DNA from: Planctomycetota bacterium
GTDB lineage: Bacteria; Planctomycetota; JAJSAM01; JAKLKS01
Assembly: GCA_023150535.1 (NCBI GenBank)
Contig: JAKLKS010000001.1
Location: forward strand, 8,269-72,268
Length of the DNA: 64,000 bases
Reading direction: 5' to 3'
The notes under the pieces are model-generated. The model ran no database searches, had not been told where the DNA came from, and saw only the letters and a list, made by a program, of their open reading frames with translations. Each line of letters starts with the position of its first letter. Within the stretch, counting starts at the first letter, position 1. This document shows, one piece after another, positions 35,134 to 44,624 of the stretch. Made by a program: the position numbers and the translations under genes.

Positions 35134-36554
35134 TGGGCGATGGCTGGCCCAGGAACACCCTTGATGTGCCCCCCGGGACGAGCCCTCATGCGGACATGCC
35201 CAGGAACCAGACCCCGGAGCCGCTCGATCCCGAGGCCCGAGACCGGCGCTCCGCATCATCCTCCCACGAGGAGGGGGGCCGGCGGCGCCGACGGGTATTC
35301 GGACGGATCTACCGCAAGCCCACCTCGCAGTCGACGTGGTACGTCCGGTTCCCGGACCCCGAGCGGCGCCGGGCCCCGAACGGGCGGGTCCGGGAGATCG
35401 TCCGGTCGGTCCCGTCCCGCCGGGCGGCCGAGGCCCTGCTCGCGGAAGTCCGGAAGGCCCTCTACGCGGGCACCTACGCCCCGCCGCCCCCGGCCCTGGC
35501 GGGACCCGCGGCCCTCACGATGCAGAGCGCCGCCCCGGGGACCGCCGCCGAGACTCCCGCCCGCCCCTTCACCGTCCTCGACGCCATCGACGAGTACATC
35601 GCCTCCCGCGAGGCCGCGGGCCGGATGCGGAACACGCTCGACTCCTACCGCGGGCACCGCAACGCGATCGCGCAGAGCCCGCTGGGAACCGTCCCTGCCG
35701 ACGCGGTGACCCCGGCGGACATCGAGGCCTTCCGGGCCTGGCGGCGGGAGCGATCCTGGAAGACGGTCCGCCGGCCCGGGGAGGTGAAGGATCCCGACGT
35801 GACGGAGGTCGCCCGGGCTGCGTCGAACGCAACGGTGAACCGGGCGCTGATGGTCCTTGGGGCCTCACTCAACCGACTCGTGAAGCTGGGGCGCCTCCGG
35901 GAGAACCCAGTCCTCCGGGTCGTGAAGGCGCGGGAGGCACGCCAGCCGCGGGTCTCCCTCACCAAAGACGAGGCCCGCCGCCTCATCGAGGCTTCCGACC
36001 CGGCCCTCCGGCCGCTCGTGGCCGCGGGGCTCTACACCGGGGCGCGTCTCGGAGAGCTCCTCCGTCTCACGTGGGCGGACGTCACCTTCGGGTCCGGGAG
36101 TGGGACGGGGACCATCTCCCTCTTCCGGCCCAAGGTCGGGAACGCCTCCCGGATCCCGTTCCACCCACGGCTCGCCGAGGAACTCCTGCGGGTCCGGGAG
36201 TCGCGGGCACGCAAGCGCGGCCGGCCCGTCCCCGATGACGAGCCCATCTTCCTCTCGTCCTACGGCCGGGCGTGGGTGACCATCGGGGGGGCGTTCAAGA
36301 AGGCGCTCCGGACCGCGGGCCTCGAGGGGCGGGGCATCGTCTACCACAGCCTCCGCCATACGTTCGCCGTCCACTTCCTCGAGGGCGGCGCGGCGGTGAC
36401 CGACCTCCAGGGGATCCTCGGCCACGCGGACCTCACCACGACCCAGATCTACGCCCACATGGTGGACAGCCGGACTCGAGCGAGTCTGGTCGCCCTCGAC
36501 TACGGGGCGCCGGCGGCCACGGGAGACGGCGCAGATCCCGGCCCAGCCCGATAG
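35133..36554 (+). CDS. int: Tyrosine-type site-specific integrase
   Basis: R...HSLRHTFAV...Y catalytic pattern (GARLGELLRLTWADV, YHSLRHTF, TTQIYAHM); ends 33 nt before tRNA. Confidence 0.9.
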   Translation: MGDGWPRNTLDVPPGTSPHADMPRNQTPEPLDPEARDRRSASSSHEEGGRRRRRVFGRIYRKPTSQSTWYVRFPDPERRRAPNGRVREIVRSVPSRRAAEALLAEVRKALYAGTYAPPPPALAGPAALTMQSAAPGTAAETPARPFTVLDAIDEYIASREAAGRMRNTLDSYRGHRNAIAQSPLGTVPADAVTPADIEAFRAWRRERSWKTVRRPGEVKDPDVTEVARAASNATVNRALMVLGASLNRLVKLGRLRENPVLRVVKAREARQPRVSLTKDEARRLIEASDPALRPLVAAGLYTGARLGELLRLTWADVTFGSGSGTGTISLFRPKVGNASRIPFHPRLAEELLRVRESRARKRGRPVPDDEPIFLSSYGRAWVTIGGAFKKALRTAGLEGRGIVYHSLRHTFAVHFLEGGAAVTDLQGILGHADLTTTQIYAHMVDSRTRASLVALDYGAPAATGDGADPGPAR

Positions 36555-36586
36555 AATACCCCCCTGTTGCAACGGGCCGCATCTGG

Positions 36587-36663
36587 GTCCCCGTAGCTCA
36601 GTAGGATAGAGCGGCTGGTTCCTAACCAGCAGGTCGCAGGTTCGACTCCTGCCGGGGATACCA
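36587..36663 (+). tRNA. tRNA-Arg (anticodon CCU)
   Basis: Hand-folded cloverleaf: acceptor GUCCCCG/CGGGGAU, D arm GCUC-AGUAGGAUA-GAGC, anticodon stem GCUGG/CCAGC loop UUCCUAA, T arm GCAGG-UUCGACU-CCUGC, discriminator A, encoded CCA. Confidence 0.9.
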
Positions 36664-36731
36664 GAACTCCCTCATCGTTGATCTTCGCCGCGGTCGAGGC
36701 CGCTCCTTGGGTGTAATGGGTGGTGCGGAAT

Positions 36732-36760
36732 TTGACAGGCATCATCCTGTCGGCTACGGT
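36732..36760 (+). promoter_or_regulatory. Putative promoter/operator upstream of czc module 1 (TTGACAGGC box with 6-6-6 inverted repeat GACAGG-N6-CCTGTC)
   Basis: TTGACAGGC also present upstream of module 2 at 43651; rare AT-containing hexamer in this GC-rich DNA. Confidence 0.35.
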
Positions 36761-36768
36761 TCCGGCCC

Positions 36769-37173
36769 ATGTACGCTTTCTCCCGCTGGTTGCTTGTCCT
36801 CCCGATGGTCGCCATGGCCCTCTTGCCATTCGGTTCCGGCGGCATCGTTCTCTGCGTGGACAACGGACCCAACGCGCACGTCGCCATCGAGTGGGGCCCG
36901 TGCGACGTCTCTCGATGCGTCCCTGCTATTCCTACGGCACCTCAGGGCCCGTCCGCGGGGAGTGAAACGCAGTGCACCGCCTGCGAGGACCTGCCGCTCC
37001 CCCGGTGGGATGCGCGCGGGATCGTCCGGTTGCAGATCCCGGACGTTGCCGTCGCTCCCCCTTCCGCCGGAGGTTTCGTCCTCGCGCCGCGCCATGTGGG
37101 GAGCCCCGCGCTCCATGCGGCCGTTCCGCGGCCCCGGGTCGCTCCCTCCCTCCCCCTCGCGCTCCGCATCTAG
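36769..37173 (+). CDS. CzcI-like small secreted Cys/His protein (DUF2946-like metal-resistance accessory)
   Basis: Signal peptide then LCVDNGPNAHVAIEWGPC...TQCTACEDLP; paralog of 44128..44535; immediately upstream of czcC. Confidence 0.5.
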   Translation: MYAFSRWLLVLPMVAMALLPFGSGGIVLCVDNGPNAHVAIEWGPCDVSRCVPAIPTAPQGPSAGSETQCTACEDLPLPRWDARGIVRLQIPDVAVAPPSAGGFVLAPRHVGSPALHAAVPRPRVAPSLPLALRI

Positions 37174-37224
37174 CCGGCTTCCTCGTCGGGTCTTCGTTCC
37201 CGTTCCCCGTCCCGAGGAAGCCCC

Positions 37225-38565
37225 ATGCGATCCGCCGTTCTCGCTGCCGTACTCTGCGCTCTCGTCACACCCTCCTGCGCCAGCACCGGCAGGCCTGCGT
37301 TGCCGCCGCCCCGGCCGCTGGGAGCGGAGGTGCGTCCGCCAGCCGAGAGTGGGCCGCTACCGGAGGAACCGGACGGCCCGCTGACGCTTCGCGAGGCGCT
37401 GGCGCTGTCCCTCCTCCGCAGCCCCTCCCTTCCTGCGGCAGCACTGGAGGTCCGGGCGGCCGAGGCCCGCCAGATCCAGGCAGGGCTCCTCCCCAATCCC
37501 GAGGCCTCCTACTCCCACGAGAACGTCGGAGGGACGCTCAAGGACAGCGCCGAGAGGACGGTGCTGCTCTCCCAGCTCGTGGAGCTCGGCGGGAAGCGTT
37601 CCGCCCGGATGGCCGTGGCGGAGGGGGAGGCGGAGCTCGCCGGCTGGGACTACGAGGCCCTCCGGCTCGACGTCCTCACCGCGACGGCCCGGGACTTCGT
37701 CGGGGTGCTCGGGGCCCAGGCGCGGCTTCGTGTCGCCGAGGACTCCCTGCGCATCGCGGAGGAGACCCTGCGGGCGACGAGGGCCCGCGCCGAGGGCGGG
37801 GCCGTGGGACCCGTGGAGGTGCGGCGGATCGAGATCGACGCGGCCGCGGTGTCCATCGAGCGGGACAAGGCCGCGGCCGACCTCGAAGGAGAGCGCGCCC
37901 GCCTGGTGTCGAACTGGGGGTCGAAGAGACCCCGTTTCACCGAGGCGGTCGGCGACCTCCCGCCCGTCCCGGCGCCACCCGGCGCAGAGGACCTGGTGCC
38001 GCTCCTCGACCGCAATCCGGACCTTGCCCGCTTCGAGGCCGAGGAACGGGTGCTCCGGGCGGAGCTCGACGCGGCGAAGGCGGGGCGCATCCCGGACGTG
38101 ACCCTGGGCGCGGGACGCCGGGGCTTCGAGGAGACGGGCGACCGCGGCTACCTGTTCGAGGTCTCGATGCCGCTCCCCGTCTTCGACAGGAGGCAGGGGG
38201 AGATCGCAGCCGCGGAGGCGCGGCTCTCCGCTGTGCGCATGCGCCGGAACGCCGCGCAGCAGAGGCTGCGGGCCGACCTCGTGGCCGCGAGGGCGGCTCT
38301 GGATGCCTCCGTGCGGGAGGCCGAGTCCTTCCGGATCCGCATCGTCCCCTGGTCCCGAGAGGTCCTCGAGGCCACGACGGAGCGCTACCGTGCCGGCAAG
38401 GTCGGCTACCTGGAGCTCCTCGACGCGCGGCGGACCTACGCGGAGTCCGCGGCGAGGGAGGCGGAGTCCCTGGCGGGGCTCCACCGCAGGCGCATCGAGA
38501 TCGAGCGGCTCATCGCCGGACCGCTGGAGGCCGCACCCGCGCCCGGCCCGGAACGGAAGGAGTGA
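37225..38565 (+). CDS. czcC: Outer membrane efflux protein CzcC (TolC family)
   Basis: 446 aa, signal peptide, two coiled-coil repeats typical of OMF. Confidence 0.85.
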   Translation: MRSAVLAAVLCALVTPSCASTGRPALPPPRPLGAEVRPPAESGPLPEEPDGPLTLREALALSLLRSPSLPAAALEVRAAEARQIQAGLLPNPEASYSHENVGGTLKDSAERTVLLSQLVELGGKRSARMAVAEGEAELAGWDYEALRLDVLTATARDFVGVLGAQARLRVAEDSLRIAEETLRATRARAEGGAVGPVEVRRIEIDAAAVSIERDKAAADLEGERARLVSNWGSKRPRFTEAVGDLPPVPAPPGAEDLVPLLDRNPDLARFEAEERVLRAELDAAKAGRIPDVTLGAGRRGFEETGDRGYLFEVSMPLPVFDRRQGEIAAAEARLSAVRMRRNAAQQRLRADLVAARAALDASVREAESFRIRIVPWSREVLEATTERYRAGKVGYLELLDARRTYAESAAREAESLAGLHRRRIEIERLIAGPLEAAPAPGPERKE

Positions 38566-38569
38566 CTCC

Positions 38570-40063
38570 ATGAAGACCAGGATCCCGTTGGGCATGGCCG
38601 CGGTGATGGGGCTCGCTCTCCTGCTGGTCGGATGCGGCAAGGGAGAGCACGTGGAGAACGCGCCCCGCGGCGGGCACAAGGAGCAGGCCGGGGAGGCGGG
38701 CCACGAAGGCCATGCCGGCGAGGCCGGGCACGAAGGGGAGGAGGAAGGTGGCGACCATGTCGCCCTCTCCCCCGAGGCGGCCGCCGAGGCCAAGTTGGAG
38801 ATCGGATCGCCAGGCCCCGGGAAGATCGAGATCTCGCTGGAACTCCCCGGCGAGGTGATCGCTGACCCGGACCAGGTGGCCCACATCACGCCGAAGGCCG
38901 CCGGCACGGCACGGGAGGTGAAGGCTGTCCTCGGCTCGCGGGTGAAGGCGGGCGAGGTGCTGGCGGTCATCGAGAGCCCCGAGCTCGGCGAGGCGAAGAT
39001 CGGATACCTGGAGGCGCTCCGGGCGCGGGACCTCGCCTCCTTCGACCACGACCGCCAGAGCACGGTGAGCGGGAACACCAAGACCATGCTCGGCGTGCTG
39101 GCGAAGGAACCGAGCCCGGAGGCCGCACGGGAGGAGACCGCCGGGCTGGCCATCGGAGAGGACAAGGGCCGACTGCTCACGGCCTACTCCAACCACAGGC
39201 TCGCGAAGCGCAACCGCGACCGCGAAGAAGACCTCTTCCGGCGGAAGATCAACAGCGAGGCCGAGCTCCTCACGGCGAGGAACGCCTTCGACGCGGCGGC
39301 GGCCGAGTACGCCTCGGTGCGGGAGTCCGTGGAGTTCGCCCACGTGGCGCGGCTCCTGGACGCTCAGAGGGCGCTGCGCGCCGCGGAGGCGAACCTCCAG
39401 AACCGCGAGCGGCGGCTCCACCTCCTCGGCGTCGCCGAGAGCGAGGTCGAGGGTCTCGGCAAGGAGCCCGACGACCGCATCGCGTGGTACTCGCTCCGCT
39501 CCCCCATCGAGGGCATCGTCGTCGAGAAGCACTGCGTCCTCGGGGAGAGCGTGGACACCTCAACGCGGGTGTTCGTAGTGACGGACCTCTCTCGCGTGCA
39601 GGTGCGGTTCCAGGTGCCGCCCGCCGACCTCCCGCGAGTGCGCCCCGGCCAGAAGGTGCGCGTCCGAGTGGACGGGCTCGATGCGTCGGGCGAGGGGCGC
39701 GTGGACTACCTCAGCCCCGTCGCGGAGGAGAGGACCCGCATGGCCGAGGGCCGGGTCTTCCTCCCGAACCCCGACGGGAAGTGGCGGCCCGGGCTCTTCG
39801 GGGCCGTCCGGATCGTGCTCGAGGAGGCGGAGGCGAAGGCCGCGCTCCCGGCCGAGGCCGTCTTCCGGCACGAGGGGCGCGAGGTGGTCTTCGTCGAGGA
39901 GGAGGAGCGGAAGTACGAGCCCCGGCCCGTCCGCATCGGCCGCAGGGACCCGGCGACGGTGGAGGTCCTGGAGGGGGTCAAGCCCGGGGACAAGGTGGTC
40001 GTGAAGAACGGCTTCGTCCTCAAGGCGGAGCTCGGGAAGGAGGCGGGCGGCCATGACCACTAG
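38570..40063 (+). CDS. czcB: Membrane fusion protein CzcB with His-rich N-terminal segment
   Basis: Start MKTRIPLG at 38570 with AAGGAG RBS; lipoprotein-like signal; GHKEQAGEAGHEGHAGEAGHEGEEEGGDH then RND MFP domains. Confidence 0.85.
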   Translation: MKTRIPLGMAAVMGLALLLVGCGKGEHVENAPRGGHKEQAGEAGHEGHAGEAGHEGEEEGGDHVALSPEAAAEAKLEIGSPGPGKIEISLELPGEVIADPDQVAHITPKAAGTAREVKAVLGSRVKAGEVLAVIESPELGEAKIGYLEALRARDLASFDHDRQSTVSGNTKTMLGVLAKEPSPEAAREETAGLAIGEDKGRLLTAYSNHRLAKRNRDREEDLFRRKINSEAELLTARNAFDAAAAEYASVRESVEFAHVARLLDAQRALRAAEANLQNRERRLHLLGVAESEVEGLGKEPDDRIAWYSLRSPIEGIVVEKHCVLGESVDTSTRVFVVTDLSRVQVRFQVPPADLPRVRPGQKVRVRVDGLDASGEGRVDYLSPVAEERTRMAEGRVFLPNPDGKWRPGLFGAVRIVLEEAEAKAALPAEAVFRHEGREVVFVEEEERKYEPRPVRIGRRDPATVEVLEGVKPGDKVVVKNGFVLKAELGKEAGGHDH

Positions 40064-40409
40064 CGCCATGTTCCGGGTGCGGGGCGTGTTCCAGCCGCAC
40101 CGACTCGCGGAGGTGGTCCGGGCGCTGCACGCGCTCCCGCACTTCCCGGGGTTCACGGTCCAGGACGTGCGGGGGCAGGGGCGCGGTCGCGGAGCGGGCG
40201 GGGCCTTCAAGGTGGTCGAGGACGAGATCGACTACCACCGGAAGACCGCCATCGAGGTCGTCTGCGCCGGCAGTCAGACGGACGCTGTCGTGCAGGCCAT
40301 CCTGCGAGGGGCGAAGACCGGCCACGCGGGCGACGGCATCGTCATCGTCGAGCCGCTAGCTCGCGTCGTCCGGATCCGGACGGGCGAAGAAGGGGAGGGG
40401 GCGGTCTGA
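40053..40409 (+). CDS. P-II (GlnB-like) family protein embedded between czcB and czcA
   Basis: 118 aa, ...GDGIVIVEPLARVVRIRTGE... P-II fold signature; overlapping start/stop both sides. Confidence 0.65.
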   Translation: MTTSAMFRVRGVFQPHRLAEVVRALHALPHFPGFTVQDVRGQGRGRGAGGAFKVVEDEIDYHRKTAIEVVCAGSQTDAVVQAILRGAKTGHAGDGIVIVEPLARVVRIRTGEEGEGAV

Positions 40410-43400
40410 TGCTCGACAGGGTCCTCCTCTTCGCCGTCCGGCAGCGTATCTTCGTGGTCCTCCTCGCCGTCGCGCTCGCGGGGGTCGGGATCTGGTCCTT
40501 CGGAAAGCTCCCCATCGACGCCGTGCCGGACATCACCAACGTCCAGGTGCAGATCAACACCCAGGTCCAGGCGCTGTCCCCGGTCGAGGTGGAGAAGCTG
40601 GTCACCTTCCCCATCGAGTGGGCCATGGGGGGCATCCCCGGGGTGGAGCAGGTGCGCTCGCTCTCCCGGTACGGGCTCTCCCAGGTCACGGTCGTCTTCG
40701 AGGACGGGACCGACATCTACCGGGCCCGCCAGCTCGTGGCCGAGCGGCTCCTGGAGGCGAAGGAGTCGCTCCCGGCCGGGATCGGGGAGCCCACGATGGG
40801 CCCCATCTCCACGGGGCTCGGCGAGATCTACATGTGGGAGGTGCACGCGACGGGTCCGAGGCCCGACGGGAGCCCGTACTCCCTGACCGATCTGCGGACT
40901 GTCCAGGACTGGATCGTCCGGCCGCAGCTCCGCACGGTGCCCGGCGTGACCGAGGTGAACAGCATCGGCGGCTACGAGCGCCAGATCCACGTGACGCCCG
41001 ACCCCGCGAAGCTCCGCGCCTACGGGCTCTCCTTCCGGGACGTGGCGGATGCCCTCGCGGCCAACAACGCCAACGTCGGCGGCGGCTACGTCGAGCACCG
41101 GGGCGAGCAGTACGTCATCCGCTCCACGGGCCGCGTGGAGTCGCTGGAGGACGTCCTCAACGTGAAGCTCGGGGTCCACGACGGGGTCCCGGTCCTGGTC
41201 CGCCACGTCGCCGGGGCGGCCGAGGGGAAGGAGCTTCGCACGGGGGCGGCGACGGTGAGCGGCGAGGAGGCGGTCGTCGGGACGGCCATCATGCTCCTCG
41301 GCGAGAACAGCCGGACCGTCTCCCGTCGCGTGGACGAGAAGATCCGGGCCATCGCGAAGTCCCTCCCGGAGAACGTGGAGGTCAAGACCCTCTACGACCG
41401 TACCTACCTGGTCGAGGCCACGCTACAGACCGTGCGGAACAACCTGCTCGAGGGCGCCGTCCTCGTGATCGTGATCCTGTTCCTCCTCCTGGGACACGTG
41501 CGGGCGGCGTTGATCGTGGCTCTCGCCATTCCGCTCTCGATGCTGTTCGCCGTGGCGGGGATGGTGCGAGGCGGGATCAGCGGGAACCTCATGAGCCTGG
41601 GCGCCGTGGACTTCGGGATCATCGTGGACGGGGCGGTGGTGATGGTGGAGCACATCCTCCGGCGCCTGGGAGAGGCGGGGCACAACCTAGGACGTGCCCC
41701 CACGCGGGCGGAGCGCGTCTCGCTGGCCTACGAGGCGTCCCGGGAGGTGGCGCGACCGGTCCTCTTCGGGGTCGGGATCATCATGATCGTCTACATCCCG
41801 ATCCTGAGCCTGACGGGGATCGAGGGGAAGATGTTCCGGCCGATGGCGGAGGTGGTGCTCCTGGCGCTGGCCGGCTCGCTGCTCCTCACGTTTACGCTGG
41901 TCCCGGCGCTCATCGCCCTCCTCCTCGGGGGGAAGGTCTCCGAGAAGGACAACGCGCTCGTCCGCGCGGCGAAGGCCTCCTACGCGCCGACGCTGGACGT
42001 CGCGCTCCGCCGCCCAGGGCTCGTCGTGGGCTCGGCCCTCCTCCTCCTCGCGGGGACGGGGCTCCTCGCCTCGGGGCTCGGGAGCACGTTCGTCCCGAAG
42101 CTCGGGGAGGGCGCCATCGCGGTCCAGCCGGCGCGGATGCCCTCCATCTCGCTGGGACAGAGCGTCGCCATGCAGGGGCAGGTCGAGAAGCGGCTCCTCG
42201 CGGAGTTCCCCGACGAGGTGCTCTCCGTCTTCGCCCGTACGGGGACCGCGGAGGTGGCCACCGATCCGATGGGCCCCAACGTCTCCGACACCTACGTGAT
42301 GCTGAAGCCTCGCGAGGGGTGGAAGAAGGCCCGCACGCAGGAGGAACTGGCCGACCGGATGGCCGAGGCGCTGGAGGCCGTCCCCGGGCAGGCCTACGAG
42401 TTCAGCCAGCCCATCGAGCTGCGGTTCAACGAACTCATCTCCGGGGTCCGGAGCGACCTCGCCGTGAAGGTCTTCGGGGACGACCTGGAGACCCTCCGGG
42501 GGTACGCCGGGAAGGTGGCTCGGATCCTGGGCGGCATCCCGGGGGCGGCCGACGTGAAGGTGGAGCAGGTGACGGGGCTTCCCGTGCTGACCGTGGAGGT
42601 GGACCGCGCCGCCATCGCGCGCTACGGGCTCAACGTGGCCGAAGTGCAGGAGGTGGTCGAGATCGCGCTCGGGGGCCGTGAGGCGGGAGAGTGGATCGAG
42701 GGGGACCGCCGGACGCCGCTCGTCGTGCGTCTCCCGGAGCGCATCCGCAACGACCTCGACTCTCTCCGCAACCTCCCGGTGCCCGTCCTCTTAGGGGGGT
42801 CGGACGAGGAGCCTCCCGGTGACGGGGAAACGTCGTCCGGGGGGCCCTCGTTCCTCCCGCTCTCGACCTTTGCCCGTATCGAGCTCGTCGAAGGGCCCAA
42901 CCAGATCAGCCGCGAGGCCGGCAAGCGCAGGGTCGTCGTCCAGTGCAATGTGCGGGGGCGGGACCTCGGGTCCTTTGTCGAGGAGGCCCAGGTCCGCATC
43001 GACCGGGAGATCCCCAAGCTCCCCGAAGGCTACTGGCTCGGCTGGGGCGGTCAGTTCGAGAACCTCATCGCTGCGAAGGAGAGGCTCGAGGTCGTTGTCC
43101 CGCTGGCGCTGTTCCTCATCCTGCTGCTCCTCTTCGCGACCTTCGGGTCCATCAAGCAGGCGCTCCTCGTCTTCACGGGAGTCCCCCTGGCTCTCACCGG
43201 GGGCGTGGTCGCCCTGTGGGCCCGGGACCTTCCGTTCTCCATCTCCGCGGGGATCGGGTTCATCGCGCTGTCGGGAGTCGCGGTGCTGAACGGCCTCGTG
43301 ATGGTGTCCTTCATCAACCGGTTGCGCGAGGAAGGGAGGCCGCTCGCGGACGCCGTCCGGGAGGGATCGCTGGCCCGGCTCCGCCCCGTGCTGATGACGG

Positions 43401-43633
43401 CGCTGGTCGCCTCGCTGGGCTTCGTGCCGATGGCGCTGGCCACGGGGACGGGCGCGGAGGTCCAGAGGCCGCTGGCCACGGTGGTCATCGGGGGACTCGT
43501 CTCCTCGACGCTGCTCACCCTCGTTGCCCTGCCGGTCCTCTACCGGCTGTTCCACCGCGGCGATGAGAGCGGGAACGGGATGCCCTCAGCCCCAGTCCCC
43601 GAACCCTCTCCGGCGGCAACGCCGGCCGCATGA
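40409..43633 (+). CDS. czcA: Heavy-metal efflux RND transporter CzcA/CusA family
   Basis: 1074 aa, 12-TM RND with HME-type motifs. Confidence 0.95.
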   Translation: MLDRVLLFAVRQRIFVVLLAVALAGVGIWSFGKLPIDAVPDITNVQVQINTQVQALSPVEVEKLVTFPIEWAMGGIPGVEQVRSLSRYGLSQVTVVFEDGTDIYRARQLVAERLLEAKESLPAGIGEPTMGPISTGLGEIYMWEVHATGPRPDGSPYSLTDLRTVQDWIVRPQLRTVPGVTEVNSIGGYERQIHVTPDPAKLRAYGLSFRDVADALAANNANVGGGYVEHRGEQYVIRSTGRVESLEDVLNVKLGVHDGVPVLVRHVAGAAEGKELRTGAATVSGEEAVVGTAIMLLGENSRTVSRRVDEKIRAIAKSLPENVEVKTLYDRTYLVEATLQTVRNNLLEGAVLVIVILFLLLGHVRAALIVALAIPLSMLFAVAGMVRGGISGNLMSLGAVDFGIIVDGAVVMVEHILRRLGEAGHNLGRAPTRAERVSLAYEASREVARPVLFGVGIIMIVYIPILSLTGIEGKMFRPMAEVVLLALAGSLLLTFTLVPALIALLLGGKVSEKDNALVRAAKASYAPTLDVALRRPGLVVGSALLLLAGTGLLASGLGSTFVPKLGEGAIAVQPARMPSISLGQSVAMQGQVEKRLLAEFPDEVLSVFARTGTAEVATDPMGPNVSDTYVMLKPREGWKKARTQEELADRMAEALEAVPGQAYEFSQPIELRFNELISGVRSDLAVKVFGDDLETLRGYAGKVARILGGIPGAADVKVEQVTGLPVLTVEVDRAAIARYGLNVAEVQEVVEIALGGREAGEWIEGDRRTPLVVRLPERIRNDLDSLRNLPVPVLLGGSDEEPPGDGETSSGGPSFLPLSTFARIELVEGPNQISREAGKRRVVVQCNVRGRDLGSFVEEAQVRIDREIPKLPEGYWLGWGGQFENLIAAKERLEVVVPLALFLILLLLFATFGSIKQALLVFTGVPLALTGGVVALWARDLPFSISAGIGFIALSGVAVLNGLVMVSFINRLREEGRPLADAVREGSLARLRPVLMTALVASLGFVPMALATGTGAEVQRPLATVVIGGLVSSTLLTLVALPVLYRLFHRGDESGNGMPSAPVPEPSPAATPAA

Positions 43634-43675
43634 CCACGGGATTGGGGATCTTGACAGGCCGGTGTTCATTCCATA

Positions 43676-43704
43676 CCTTTGGAAATGATGAAGCGTTCCA
43701 AAGG
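43676..43704 (+). promoter_or_regulatory. Perfect 9-11-9 inverted repeat CCTTTGGAA-N11-TTCCAAAGG spanning ArsR start codon (candidate autoregulatory operator)
   Basis: Seen directly; preceded by TTGACAGGC at 43651. Confidence 0.4.
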
Positions 43705-44128
43705 ACGAAAGGGCTGGAGGCGGCGCGTCGCCGAGGGCGTCTGCGAGGTGGACTTCGTGGACCCGGTCGAGGTAGCCGCGGCCCGCAAGGCCTCACCCGA
43801 GGAACCCATCCTCCGCGCGGCGGCGGAGGCGTTCCACGTCCTCTCCAACCCGAGCCGCCTGCGCATCCTCCTGGGGCTCGAGGGGCGGGAGCTCTGCGTT
43901 TGCGACCTGGCGGCGCTGCTCGGCCTCTCGATGGCGGGGACCTCCCAGCAGCTCAAGGAGCTCCGCAATGCCGGGGCCGTGGCCTACAGGGCACAGGGGA
44001 AGCTGGCCTACTACCGGATAGCGGATCCCTCCTGGCTCAAGTTGGCGCGGAGCGCGCTCGAAGGGGCTGCGGTCCGGCCCGGCGTCCCGCCCCTTCGCGG
44101 GGTAGTCGTGGAGCGGGCCGCGTCGTGA
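43685..44128 (+). CDS. ArsR/SmtB-family metalloregulator
   Basis: HVLSNPSRLRILLGLEGRELCVCDLAALLG HTH with CVC metal site. Confidence 0.8.
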   Translation: MMKRSKGRKGWRRRVAEGVCEVDFVDPVEVAAARKASPEEPILRAAAEAFHVLSNPSRLRILLGLEGRELCVCDLAALLGLSMAGTSQQLKELRNAGAVAYRAQGKLAYYRIADPSWLKLARSALEGAAVRPGVPPLRGVVVERAAS

Positions 44129-44535
44129 TGCGGCGCGTCCTCCCGCTGGTCCTCCTTGCGCACACGTGGCTCCTCTTCCTGCCGGGAGGGGTCAGCATCT
44201 GCGTGCACACGGACGGTACCTGGAAGCTGGAGTCGGCGGCGTTCCCCTGCTGCGCCGGCAGGGGCACGAGCGGGGAGCTGGAGCCCCGGCACGGTCCCGA
44301 GGCAGGCAGGGACGGATGCGAGGACTGCACCGACTACGCCGTGCCCACCGTGAGGGACGCCGCGATTGCAGGCTCCGTCAGGAGAACCGTTCCAGCCCAG
44401 GTCGCGTCCCTTGCGGTCCTCGAGTCGCCTCTGACCGCGGTCGTCGTCGCGCCGGGACTCTGGGACCTGAGGGACCGGCCGCTCCGAAGGCCGCCGCCTC
44501 CCGGACCGCGGACCACGACCGTCCTTCGCTGCTAG
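44128..44535 (+). CDS. CzcI-like small secreted Cys/His protein (paralog 2)
   Basis: Signal peptide then ICVHTDGTWKLE...GCEDCTDYAVP; homologous to 36769..37173. Confidence 0.5.
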   Translation: MRRVLPLVLLAHTWLLFLPGGVSICVHTDGTWKLESAAFPCCAGRGTSGELEPRHGPEAGRDGCEDCTDYAVPTVRDAAIAGSVRRTVPAQVASLAVLESPLTAVVVAPGLWDLRDRPLRRPPPPGPRTTTVLRC

Positions 44536-44624
44536 CGATCCGGCGCGAGCCGGCGGGGCATCGACCGCCCCGGTCCGGCCTCCGGGGTTCGCTCCCCCTT
44601 CCCCAACCGCGTCCGGAGACACGC

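Larger units (their letters stand above)
1..36586. mobile_element. Prophage (HK97/GTA-like siphovirus); left end beyond window start, right end at tRNA-Arg
   Basis: Contiguous phage morphogenesis, packaging, replication and lysogeny genes with xis/int abutting a tRNA; almost all genes on minus strand with overlapping stop/start codons. Confidence 0.8.
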
